Shown one piece after another: positions 20,125-32,912 of a stretch of 64,000 bases of DNA. The notes below the pieces were generated by a model that was given only the letters and a program-made list of their open reading frames with translations, did no database searches and was not told the DNA's origin. A program made the translations under genes and the position numbers. The stretch is from contig OZ237743.1 of the NCBI GenBank assembly GCA_965178125.1, forward strand, positions 372,001 to 436,000, read 5' to 3'. Position 1 is the first letter of the stretch. Every line of letters starts with the position of its first letter. The stretch comes from Bilabrum cf. latius. Lineage: Eukaryota.

Positions 20125-23100
20125 TCAGGTGGCCTCCCTTTGCGCTAGCTAAGTGCTCGTTTGCCAAACAAGCTTGCCAGGCAGGTCTTCATCATCAGGT
20201 AAGTACACTCGGATGTACATCGTGTCAGTCACAGGAGACTTCACGAACCATCGGTTCAATCCACGTATGGCCTTGCAAGACTTGTGCCTGGACATAGGCT
20301 CCCCGCGAAGACCAGGCGTATCCTCCAGTGCTGCCCAGTGGGCCTTGAATGAGAAAGACTCAGGAGGATGGCGGAGATCGACAACGCTCTAACAGGAAGG
20401 GATCTGCACATTGAATGAAGAGAAGTGGCCTTTCTATTCTCCCGCCGACATCCACGGACAGTCATCGTACAGCTCCACAGCAGCCGCGATCTTGGGAGCT
20501 TCGGCCGGCTTGTCAGTTGTCGAGAGATAGCAGAGCCAGACGGACACCGTAGCGAATGCTTCAGATCGGAGGCCTCCTGGATTGCAATACACGTCACCGT
20601 TTCGCTGAGGAAATGCTGCTGTCGTGCTATGCTTCTGTTCCCGTGCGCGTGCTGTCGTACGGCCGCCAGCAGCAGCGCCTCCAGCACCAGTAGGCCAACC
20701 AGCAGCACGTTCAGCACCTCCAGCACCAGCACCAGCACCAGCACCAGCACCAGCACCAGCACCAGCACCAGCACCAGCACCAGCACCAGCACCAGCACCA
20801 GCACCAGCACCAGCACCAGCACCTGCAGACTACTCCATCTGCAAGTCACGAAACATGGCGTAGCTGAGCTCGACCGATACAATCACATCACGGGTCTATA
20901 AGTTCAGAACTTTCTACGCGTTGCTTCGTGTAGAAGAAGTCGGGAGCCTAGGCAGACGTCCACTGATCCGTTCAGATCTCGCCTCGCGTGAGTCGACGAG
21001 TTCAGTGCGCAACAATGGGCGATATTCCGAACCGAGCAGGCCGCCAGAGCGTCCCCTTGCTGCCATTGGGTGACGGTCTTCAATGGCGGGCTTCAGGTAC
21101 ATCCGAAATAGCGGTGCATTCTCCGCAGCTACACAAATTCCACCCACAAGCTTCTAGAAGCAGCCGCAATGGCATGTCCTTAACAAGTCGTGGCAGCCTT
21201 GCCGCCCTGTGCTGCTCCCGGTTCGTGGACAGTATGCGCATCGCTTTGGAAGGAGGGATCCGGTCGGAATCGCCCATCCATCCATGGACTCGATATTGCC
21301 AAGAATTATCTTGCGAGTGCGCCCGGTGCACGTTAGCCGGAGTCTATCTGGAGCTGGGGTGTCGTCTTTCTTCATTAAAGGTTTGATTGGGGCAGCTAGT
21401 TTAGCATCGCGAGCGTTCGCCAGCAGAAGGTTGCGAGCGGGACCGCTGCCGGCTCGAACAGTCTGCAGGGCAGAAGCCATGATCGAAAGGGCCCTAGCAA
21501 CCCTGGGGGCTGCAAACGATGTACCCTACGTAAAACGTGTCGGCCTGTCAACTGAGCACTCCGTGTCATCCACTGGATCCGGTGTAGCACATCCGCTGCC
21601 GCTGCACACTTCTGAAGGCTGAGGCGCCCTGGGCACAGTCGTGCATTTGAGCAACAGATCAGTTATGGACTCGCCGTGTGCGAACATATCGACGTAGTAT
21701 CCCCAATCTGAGAAGCCAGACATGGGAATCTCCTCTCCTGCTTCGGTACGCCGGCTCAAGGTCTGCACGGAGCCCACACAGAGTGGTGACCTAGAGTAGC
21801 ACGGGAGCCAAACGTCCACGCTCGGCCTGCTAGACATTCGTGAAGCAATCCGGGGTCGCTTAACTTGTCCAATGCCGCCATTACCGGCGGCGGCAGTCGC
21901 CACAAAACCGTAGCGCAACAGAATCTCGAAGGATCTATCCACTTCTTTCATAGCCAGACCGTGAGACTGCACTTTCTCTCCAATGGAGATCTAGACCACC
22001 CCGAGCACGGACTCCTCTCTATACGCGGACCCACGAGCGGCCCTGGTGACAGCCTGAATCCTCTGAGCCACCCTTTCGATCATTGCCAAGCCCCACCCAA
22101 TGACGGATGCACGCCGCTCGGGTGTCGATAGGCACAGTCTGCTCCAGCACGACCCACTACCAGCAGGTAGCTCCAACTGATGGCCTTCGGCAGCGTCGGT
22201 CTCACCTTCGCTGAATATCGCGATTGGAACCACAATGGACTGAGTACCCCTAGCTGCTTCAGTTGCCACCACAGTGCCGTGGCTGTCGCGTTTGTCTCTT
22301 GGCGTATACGCCTTGTTCTCTCGGCCCGGTGTGTTCCAGAGTAGTCCCTCAACATCTGGCTGCCTCATGGCTGCACCTCGTGCCACTCGACTCGTGGACC
22401 CTGGTACCACGTGCCCGCCCGCAATCGCGAAGATCTCTTCCTCCAGTCCAGTGAAGTCTCGGTTCAGCTAAAACTCATCATAGGAGTACACGACCGCCGT
22501 ATCCAGCACAAAAATCACCTGATTCAGCGCAAGTAGGCTTGAAGTAATGGGGAATTCGGTGGTTTCCTCACGAACGGCTTCATGTACACGCCACAGCGGA
22601 CTCATAAAGGGCTGGCCAGCTGCGCTGTGGGATGGACCTGCTGCAGTACGAGAATCGTGGGCAGGGTCAGCACCACCGGGTACAGTGCCACCGACTCTAC
22701 CGGTAGTACCAGCCGCCACAGACGATCCTATCCCAGCGGTCCGTCCACCCGTCAGTGGACTTACCTATCTATGCACGCCATCAAGCAATGGAACACTCCC
22801 AGCCTTCGATGATGTCGCTGTCTGAATCAGATTGGTCCCTGCCTCGCTGTCTTTGCCTACAACAGGCGTCGAGTTCGGTTCCAGCTGCGTGCTCCCGAGA
22901 CCAGAGCCGCTGCTGCACGGCGGCTCTGATGCGGTGCCGTTTGTACTCTCGGTCCCAACGGAGCATGCACAGCCAGAGCACGACTCCTCGCTGCCGCGCA
23001 GACCTGCCAGCTTCACGGGGTGGTCAGGGTAGTGCGCGCGCACCAGCCCGCTCTTCACGATGAGTGCCTGCACCGTGGATCCCACACACGCTGCCATGCC

Positions 23101-24198
23101 GATGGACGACGGCTGAGGGATGAAGGCCCCGCTGGACATGCTGGCCTTGCCCAGCTACTGGATGCCGCGCAGCACCTCTAGCACGGCGCCAAGGTCAGCT
23201 GCAGCCGGCTTGACGGACGCGAGCTGGAAGGCGAGCTTGCGCCATGCGGTGTGGGCGAAGCTCCGGGGAGCTCCATGCTGGTCGTTGCGATCCGGCCCGG
23301 GCACATAGCCGTTGATGTCGAGGTGCTGGATGTACTGCAGCCCGCCGTCCTGGGTCTCTGTGCCTCGGGCCAGTCGGTCGAGGTGGGCGGCGGCAGTAGC
23401 GAGGGCGGTCCTCTTGGCCTCTGCTGCCACAAGGCCCCACACCATCTCGGTGTCCGGGTGGCGGCTGCTGCTTGTCGCGAATGCCGAGGACTGCAGAGCG
23501 GCCTGCACCTGGCACAGGGGCTTGAGGACAGGGGCGGCGTTGCCCGGCAGGCTGGTCATGGCAGCGAGCTTGCGGGCGCATCCAGCCGCGAAGCTCTGCA
23601 GGCCGAGCAGGTGAGCGGATGCACCGCTCGAGGTGGCGGCGCCGTCCATGTGCTTGATGCCGTCGGCATCAGGAGTATCCGCGTGCTGCAGCTCATGCAA
23701 CGCTTCGATCAGCCCGCTCGCGGCGTCATGCATGGCTTTGCCGACGTCTCTCGGGTCCGTGTCCGTGACGAAGTCGACGAAGCGCTCCGCCGACAGCTCC
23801 TGTCCTTGATCCATCCAGTACATCATGTGCTTGCATTGATCATGCGCAGGCTGGGAGTCTGGCGCTGGAGGCGGATCGTGCTTGGATTTCCCCATTGTGA
23901 GAGGCTGCTGATTCTGTGTTCGCGCGGCGTTGGGGCCCGCATCGTCTGCGGTGAGAGCGAAGGCGGCGCAAGCATACGATGTATTACTTCATATGATCAG
24001 CGAGCTAGCGAAGGAAGCCAATGATCTCTCACTGGTGTCTGACGGCATTGCGTCGAGCTTGGGATCAATAACCGACGGAGACTTCTTGAGCTCGGTTGTC
24101 CGAGTCCTGCGGCGCACTCGGTGGGCTCTCGATGGCGAGTCACCCAGAGCTACTGGCAACAGCACTGTGAGCAGACAAATCGATGCCAGCGTGCGCAT
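20125..24198 (-). CDS. Secreted subtilisin-like (S8) serine peptidase, copy 1 (intron 23946-24032; ~1328 aa with TAG=Gln)
   Basis: Signal peptide MRTLASICLLTVLLPVALG; triad motifs VLDTAV, HGTVVA, AAGN, GTSFAAP. An 87-nt GTGAGA..CGCAG intron removes the only internal TGA seen. Confidence 0.85.
20722..20822 (+). repeat. (CACCAG)n microsatellite encoding a Gly-Ala linker in S8 copy 1
   Basis: About 16 perfect hexamer units. Confidence 0.95.
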
Positions 24199-24772
24199 GG
24201 TAGCTGGAAATGAGTGGTTCTACCGGTCGCATGCGTGATGCGTAGCGACCAACTCGGAATATTGCACCTTGACCAGACGCCGCGGCCGGGCCGAAGCAGA
24301 TGCCCGCGGCGCCATCTGCCGCAGCAGTCTTGTCTGTAGTGCCTCGTTGCCATAATTGTACCTCTTCCGGGGCTTCTTTTCTCCGTCCTTCATCCTAATG
24401 GTGCTTTCAACCGCTGGCAATCCGGTCCTGCACCATATCTCCTCCATCTCCTTTTGCTCTCCCCTCAACTTCCGCTCATCAACCACAAGACTTGATCATG
24501 CCGACAAGGACGTTCTCCGCCATCTCAACACCTGACAACGTGCATGGTATCTATTCCATGCACTCTCCAGAGTGTCCAGGAATCCACTCAGTTCCTGCCG
24601 CCCCCTCCTTGATCCTCTGCACTACCTACCTCATCCTGGGAATTGTTGCTACCCTAGATAACTCAATCAGCTCCAACTTCCAGTGTTTCTCGTCCCGTGG
24701 GGATCGTCCATCCACCTCCTGAAACCATCTGAAATCTGAAATCTGAAATCTGATTTAGGGTCAAGCATAACC

Positions 24773-27700
24773 GAACAATGGGTGCTGCACAAGACTTGAG
24801 ATGCCACGAAACCGCCATCTTCGAGGCCACGGAGTGATAGCACCCGGCTACACCTACGGCCCGGCACTGCACAGGGGCAGGAGAGGCATGTTTATGTGGA
24901 CCCACGTTGTGAGAGGACCGAAGAGCAGGCGCTTCCCACAGCATTTGACCTCCAGGAGGGCCAGGCGCTAGTAGGAGAATGCAACGAGACGCTACATGCA
25001 GGAACTCAGACGACTGCGAGTGAGTGCTTGCAAAGCACTTGGTGACCAAAAGCGGACCCAACACCAACACAGGGGACTGAAACAAGGGGACTACGGGCTG
25101 TCCCTTGTAACTATCGCCCTATCCCTTCTGATGATGGGACTCGTCATCCTCTGCATCGTTGGGACGTGCCCAAAGTTGAGTCAGTATCTTGACCCGAGGG
25201 AATGGCCCTTGGACTTGTATAGATCACCAGTGATACCAGTCACCTGGATTTTCGTCATGACGCCTGCACTGAGAAACCGGAGCAGGATTGGAGCCCTCGC
25301 GCTCATGTGGTACATGCTACCCACTGTGGAGGCGGCTAGTACGGCTGACCCACAGCCGCACGCAGGGGGCTGGGTGGACATCCTGAGAAGCATCCCCACG
25401 GAGGTCCTTCTCACACTAGTGGGGGTCCTTGTGATCTCTGCTGCGATGACTAGGTTGCATTCATTCACCCAGCGCGCCTATTGGTGGCTCGTAAGCGATG
25501 ACCTCCGGGAGGCAACGAGACTCTTTCTGCAGTCGTTCCAGTCGTGCAAGCGGAGCAAGCCGAAACCCAAACACGACGGAGTGACGTTCAAGGGAAACAA
25601 GGGCGCTGACACCAGCAGCACCTCGGCATCAGGAAGACGAGGCCGAGGCAGAGGTCGTGGACGGGGCTGGGGCCGTGGTCACTGGGGAGGACGAGGCAGG
25701 GGCCGCGGGCGGGGCACTGCCATGACCTAGACTACATAGACGGGCCAGACTGATCACCAGCGTGCCCCAATGCAACAGCAACTACCGGCTGCGGCTGCCA
25801 TTGACACACCCCCGGGAGCAACAGTGACTGCTCCGGAACAACCAGGTCGAGGCATGGTTCCTCAGACATTGCTCGGACGGTTCACTAACATGATCGGAGG
25901 TGGACCTGCGATGCAGCCTGCAGAAACTCGGTAGTAGACGACGGAACCACCGCAACAGACTGCAGCACTACCGCCAGGGGCACCAGCAGCGACGCAAGGA
26001 CTCGCCCTAACGCGGGCAACACAGGTCGACTTCCACATCCTCTCGCCTAACAACATGGACAAGAGGGCAGGTGATATAGAGGGCACCTGGGGAGTCGACA
26101 GTGCGAGGCTCAACCGATTCAAGCAGGGGCAACCAGTCGGAAAAGGGAACGCAGCCTCTATCCACATGACGGAGATCCCGCAGCGCACAAGACAAGCCAA
26201 CGGATACTGCCTGATAGATTCACTCCAGGCACTGGGGATCCACGTGGACTCGGAGTTCTTTAAGGCCATGGCACACATGCAAGGACTGTACGCCCGCCTG
26301 TGCCTCCCACAGGAGATCACCCGGACCTCTTTCTAGGAGACCGAGATCTCCAAAGAATGCCTTGCGGAGGCCATCTGGATCATGGAGGACCACCTGGTTT
26401 TCCCAGACACGGTGAACGAGTGGATTACTGCCCTGCTACGAGTCCGTATGAATATGAATACAACGGATGACCTCGTCGCTGAGCGAGTGCCGGCGGGAAC
26501 TCGCATCTGGAGGCAGGTCGGTGAGAATGCAGAGACGCACGGGAACAGGCTCATGGCTATCTCTGGAGGCAATAAGCGAGCCCTGATTAGGCTTTGTCTT
26601 GCCCTTCCTGTAGTGGCAGCTCTGTCAGTGTCGGTGTATGCGAGGAGGTCGGACATGGCCACGAGAGACTTCGATGCAGGGGCTCACGCAAGAGAAGAAG
26701 CAGCGGCGCTGGTGGCCGCAGCCCAGCGCCGCACTAGCGACCCCTTCAAGGCCCAAGTAGCCTGGTATATCCAACAGGCGGTGGCTACCTACACTGCAGA
26801 CGGAGTCTCGGTGGGAGAGCTACCTTGCTCGCTCTCCGTCACGCTCGCAGCAGAGATCACGAGGACGGCCATCATGAGCATCGCAATCCAAGGAGAGAAC
26901 TTCTCGCTACATCGCCACCTGCCCAGTTCGACTCAGACGATGGGATCAATCGGGGCGAGAGGATGTGTCAGGGTGGCAGGAGGGCACTACTCCGCAGTAC
27001 GACTAGCCGATCTACCGCTGAGTATGAGAATGGACTCGGGGCTACACGGTTTTTCATTTTCGTCCGGAAGCAAGTCCCTCCAGGAAACCCTGACGTCGAT
27101 CCCACACAGTGTGGCCGAGTGCCTCTGGAGTCCCGGCGGCGGAGGAACTGCGCTTCTGACTACTCCGTACGATGCATTTGAACCACTCGTGGTAGGCACG
27201 GGTAACCTCTTTGGGCCGCCAGAGCACTTAGGCTGGCAGGGATGCGCGTAGCTCCCCCTCGCCGTTCTAGCTGGCCTAGACCCCAGCTCCACCATCATGC
27301 ACACACTCCGCACCTATTTTGGCGAGGAAGGGGAAGGAATCCACGGGCTTAGCCTGCGAGGACTCACACTGTCAGTGATGGCCCTGGCACAGCAGCGAGG
27401 GGGTTCAGTGCGACTCCACCCAGCCGACAAAGAGGGGACCAGCCTTGCCAACTGGTGTGAGCGACTCAACTCGGACGCCACCGATGACCAAGCGATCCAG
27501 GGCACGATGAATATTGCCATCTCCCGCACCCACTGTGAGGTCTTCATCCCTACAGGAATCAATCCGCCGGGTGGACACGGGTCCCGGAGGCACGCCTGCC
27601 TGGTGCTGCGACCTGAGCAACGGGAGGAGGAAGGAGATGCGGATGCCAGAGTTGTGCGTACGCTGTCAACGAGAGGGGAACTGAACGAGGAACCGGTCAT

Positions 27701-30700
27701 GGTCCTATCAGTCCGCCCAGGAGACCAAAGGGAGGACGGAGTGTCCGGGGCGGAACTGCTTGGAGCTCTCCGGGTGATGCTTACGGATGAGCAGAGGACC
27801 GACAGGACCTGGATACCGGAGTGCTTCCCCTGGATCAATAACCGCAATGCGGTAGTGGGGGACCGAGAATCTGTGTGGTTAGTCGCCCCCGGGACAAGCA
27901 CGGCACATCAGCCACGAGGCGTCCAAGGTACTCGCGGGGGCTGGGATCAGATCAGGATCATGGACACGACCCCGCCCAAGTACGTCAGGATTGCAACCAA
28001 AAATCTGGGACGCAAAGGGAACCTCGAAGCGATGGAGGTTGCCCTTACGGAGACCAAGATGCCCGATGTGTTTGTAGGCACGGAGACACAGGATGCTAGA
28101 GGACGCTACATCACTGACGTCCCGGACCTGTACGCGATGGAGACGAGGGCAGGAAACGGAGCCCCACACGGGGTATGCGTCGCCGTCAAACGAGATTCAG
28201 GCCTCGTATTGAGACGGTGGGCAGACATGGGAGATGATGACCTGGATGCGCCGGACTGCCTCGTATGTGACGTCCTGCACCACGACCGACGCATGCTGAC
28301 GGTGATAGCCTGCTACAACCCACCGCAAGGGGCTGCCCTCGGGGCAGAGACAAGGGGCTCAGTACTGGGCAAGGCTTTCGTTGTCGATCCCCAGCTGACC
28401 CTTGGACAGCGACGGAGTCAAGGACCGGCAGGCAATTTCACCAGGGACCGACTTGTGGTTACCGGTGACTTCAACCCGACGTAGGCCCGGGACCAAGAGG
28501 GAGCTGGTCAGATGGACTGGTATCTGGAGAACGACATGGGCATGATCGACATGTACCGAGCACCTGCAGGGGGCGGGCCTACGCACAGAGGAGGCAACAC
28601 ACTGGATGCCATCTGCATCTCCACTTCTGCGCAGCTGCAGCTAGTGTCCAGTGAAGTGGCTCAAGAGCCAGGCACATATTCAGACCACACGGGGGTGATT
28701 GCAGACCTGCTGGTCACAGTCCCAGAAGTGGAGGACCCGGCAACGCGAGCAACTGCAGTCCCAGCAACAACGGAGCAGGACGATGACGCCCCCTTCAGGG
28801 CAGCGTACTCACGGGTGTCCGACATGCATGTGCAGCAAGAACGCCTGGTTTGGGACTATTACGTCAAGGAATTCGGGTAGGCTACAAGTGCAGTCCGCGA
28901 CATCACTCATTGTGTGCTCGACGCAATTCGCGACCTCAAAAGCTCGACGGGAACCTCGGCTGACCGAGAGGCTGCAGGGCAAGCGGTTACGCAGGCCGTG
29001 TCCTCCGTCAAACTGCTTCTGCAAGGATGTTTCACGGCAGCAGCCGAGACTGTTACAGGCCGACAAATGGCAAACACCGGCCAGGCCAGGCACGTGGAAG
29101 CGTCACGCAAGCGCCACCGCAGGACCTGGGCGGCACGGACGAGATGGGCTGAAACGTGGGGAAAAGCCCATGCCAGCCTCAAGGCCCTTATCGCGGGACC
29201 AACCACGGAACAAGCTCTTTCAGAGGCCAGAACATGCTTGGCTGCACATCGCCGAGCCAGCCTGCGCCTCGAAGGGCGACAGCGGGGGCTAGATGGACGG
29301 ATGCAGGCAACACTCTGGGGGAGCACAGAGGTGAACCAGTAGGCCCATGAGGGACAGGAGTACTGGACGATGCTCCTTGCCAACCTGGACCATGATCGAC
29401 GGGCTGTCTTCGAGACCACCGAGCGAGGGGCACGCAGGACGGGCCACGCACTGCGGAACATGCTGGGAACAGCAAGTCCGAGGGAAGCCCACCGATAGAT
29501 CGCTGATGCAATCTCTAGAAGGCAACGAGCTGCACCAGGACTGGAACCAATCACGAACCTAGGCGGAGAGGTGCTTACGGCCGTCGAGGATATCCTAGAG
29601 GCACACGCACAGCAGCTCTCTCACGCAGGTGGGAATGGAAGTGCGGATGTGGGCGGATTTATGGCCAGGATTGCGCCGCACATGCCCAGGGCAGCGACAC
29701 CGCTCAACCTATTCTGCAGGTCGAACGCAGAGGTGGATCAAGCACTGGACAAGCTCAAGCACAACAAAGCTGTGGGACCTGATGGGATCAGGGCGGAACT
29801 GCTGACCAAATGCTAGCCATGCTCTGAGGAGGACGGGTGTCTGCGGCGAAGTGACGCTCTGTTGGACCTCCTCAGGGCCATTTATAATCTCACACTCTTC
29901 TCGGGGATTCAGCCTGAGGCCTTTCAGGAGGGGTTCATGCGGCCGGTCTCCAAGCGCAAGCAGGGCACAGGAGTCACAGGAGTCGACGAATTCAGGCCAA
30001 TATGCTGGACCTCGGCTCTCTCGAAGGTCGTAAGCACCATCGCAAACCAGAAGGTCATGTGGTACTGCGAAAACCACGGACTCTTCGGCCAGGATTAGGC
30101 CGGATTTCGCATCGGCAAGAACTGCCAGCAGGCCTACTCAGCGGTGATGGAATGGATTACTCAACGAAGGGGTGCTGGAGGTTTTCTGGTATTCGTTGAC
30201 ATCAAAGGAGCATTTGACAGTTGCAAGTGGAACATCATCGAGGCCATCATGACGGAGCAAGGATGGGGACGCCAGACGGTCCGCTTTCTCATGGCCCGCA
30301 TGCAGGTGGCCATCCGCGTTCGAGACCCACTCACCAGGAGGGTCTCTACCAGAGTGCAGAAGACGGCGGGCACCCCCTAGGGCGAGATTCTGTCTCCCAC
30401 CATCTTCCTGGTACTGATGGGGGTTCTCCTGGAAACGCTGCGGAAAGAGAGGCTCCAGCACGGGCACCATCAAAGGATCGTGACCGACACCGGACGATAC
30501 GTTGAATGTGGACAAGTCGGGTACGCAGACGACTACGTGGCACTGACGTCGAACTGGAACGAAGCAGTGGCGGTCATGAAGCTAGTCAAGAGCCTGTTTG
30601 CACTTGCGGGCATGTAGCTGGGAATCAAGCCCCTGACAGCATCGGGCCAGGGAACCAAGACAGCGATCATGGCCTTTGGCTACGCTCGGGACTCAATTCC

Positions 30701-32648
30701 TGGGGACATGCCAGAGGGCGTCGCATGCAGAGCAGCGGACGCGGGAGAGACGGATGGGGAGTGGACCATTCCACTTGCCTCATCCTACCTGTACCTCGGT
30801 CTACTCATTTCGACCCAACCAGTACGGATCAGCCCAGATGAAGTAGCTGGGCTGACGCAGGCGAGAGACATCTGGGTAATTGATATGGCACCCCACGTAC
30901 GCAGGAGGATTGCGATGGCGTACCGGGCGGCCAGGGACATCACACGAGCGGCGGTGAACGGCAACTGGGCGGTCTCCCTGCACGCCCAGCTGCTCCATGC
31001 AGGAGCAATCACGAGTGCATTCTACGGAGCAGAGGCAGCGGCATGTGCAACAGGATGGGACACCTTGTCAGGATTAGGATATGGTTCCCAAGTTTTCTAC
31101 GGGATGGAACTGAACCTGGAAGTGCTCAAGATGCTGGACAAATTCCTGCTGGATACGCGCTGGATGATTGTCAGCGGATCGACACAGGTAAGGCCCTTCA
31201 CCATGGGCGGTCGATACGTGCCAAACCTTGCGATGGACACTGAGCTGCTGACGGCATCGGCAGCAGGGCGTGTTGCTACGGGCCTGCTGGACCTGATCGA
31301 GTGTCCCTCGAAGAAGGGCCTTGATGTTGCGGCCAGGTTCATCCACCAGGGCCGATTCCTGCAGGGACCACCAGTACAGACAGGCCCACTCGGGGCCGCG
31401 CTGGCACTGGGATTCAGGATCAAGATGGCAGGGGGGACCCACCGGATCGATGACGCGAAGGACTGGCTGGGATGCCAGGAGACTGCAAAAAAAGTCACAA
31501 AGTGGAGGAAATCCAAATCCGGAGCTGCTGACCGATCGTTCACAAGCCTGAGCCTGGGATGCTCGCACGATCCGGCACTGTCGGATTGGGACCGGGAGAG
31601 AGCTGCGCTCGGAGTGGTCATGCTTAACCGGTACGCAACGAAGGGACGGTATGCCTTCGGACCAGGAGCCATGCCAACAGCAGCGGTGGTGCAGGAATAC
31701 GGCCACCAAGGAAGACGAATTCTGCGCATCCGAGCTGGACAATACCCGCAACAGGGCACGCCCAACCTTCAAGTGATGGGCACCGCGGTAGAGCAGATGG
31801 AGCGGGCCGAGCATGACCATCATGCCGGAACGAGACCGTGGCAACCCGATGATGCGGATCAGAATAGAGGGAGGTCCCCTGCCTCCCTCCGGAAAGCATG
31901 GGCGAAGACAGCTCTCGCTCAGGACCCTTGGGACGAGAAGCTGGAGCGCACCAGCAGGGCCAAGCCAATCGTCGAAGACGCACTCACTCGGATAGAGCGT
32001 ACGATTGCGCGGTCATCGGAACGGACAGCTGTCAAGGAGCTGGCCAACCGAGTGGTGCAGGTGATCAGGAACCAGCTGCGCTAGCAGGAGTAGCTGACGT
32101 GCAGGCAGTGGATGCGAGGCGATGCGGCGGCTGCTCTTGCCGCCACGGCCACGCAAGAGCTGATAGCGGCAACCAATGCGAACGCTCGGCTACAGCGACG
32201 GATGTTTAAGCCCCACGGCTTGCTAAGGGACATAGAGAGGCAATGGGCCAAAGGCATGAGCGCGTGCATGCTAGCCTCTCTGAAGGATCGTGAGACGCAG
32301 AGACGGTCATGGAGGAGGAAATGGTGGGTCCCGGCAGGGGACCCTGATGTGGGACTGGACCGCGCTTTGTGCCGGGCACATGCTCCGCACCTGTATGCTT
32401 TCTCCTTGTGAAGGCATCAGGCTGAGGGCTTGTGGGGGACCACATTGATGGCGAATAAAGGGGACTCGGCGGTGTAGGCTGAGATTGGGGGGCCTCTGGC
32501 CTGAAAGGGTCGGGGGTCTTGTAGTCCTTGTTTGAGGACTCCTCTGGATTCAGGTGATCACTCAAACTCCTTCGGGGGCAACGGTGCATCTGGGTGCTTG
32601 TGGAATCTTTACCCAACAATGTATTTCTGTATTTCTGTATTTCAAGAC
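24773..32648 (+). mobile_element. APE-type non-LTR retrotransposon, apparently full length
   Basis: EEP endonuclease plus RT; 3' (GTATTTCT)3 tail at 32621-32643; candidate 9-bp TSD AGCATAACC at 24764-24772 and 32649-32657. Confidence 0.85.
24801..32411 (+). CDS. Single ~2536-aa ORF: TM segments, RG-rich region, OTU-like motif, APE endonuclease, RT
   Basis: One frame interrupted only by TAG. APE motifs ATKN, TETQ, CYNPP, GDFN, TLDAI, SDH; RT motifs GPDG, FRPI, QAGFR, DIKGAFD, PQGEILSP, YADD, YLG. Ends TGA. Confidence 0.88.
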
Positions 32649-32912
32649 AGCATAACCATGACGGTGGACTTTCGTCCGCAACCATACAGATGAAAGATTC
32701 ACCACTTCCATCTGCAGGTCCCATCCACTCCGTCTTCTCACCATCCATACAGACTTGCTCTATTGGTAATTCGAAGCGAAGGTTCGCGAAGATAGAGGGT
32801 TCTAAACGGAACTACGGCCGTTGATGCTCAGCTCAGTTGTGAGCAGAGCTATAGAGACGTACTTTGTTTCACAGTCTTTATATATAATTCGTTAAGAAAT
32901 TTAAAGTTGAAT

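Noticed and set aside
23989-23991. In-frame TGA in S8 copies 1 and 2 as nonsense or UGA recoding
   Set aside because: It falls inside a predicted 87-nt GT-AG intron conserved in all three copies.
23251-24024. Long antisense ORFs over the S8 genes (also 46273-47277, 54585-55358)
   Set aside because: Shadow frames of GC-rich coding DNA; conserved only because the DNA is duplicated.
24199-24495. N-terminal extension of the S8 frame through TAG 24220
   Set aside because: It is absent in copy 2, its first ATG is not conserved in copy 3, and MRTLAS begins a good signal peptide.
24754-24760. TTTAGGG telomeric unit
   Set aside because: Single copy, expected by chance.
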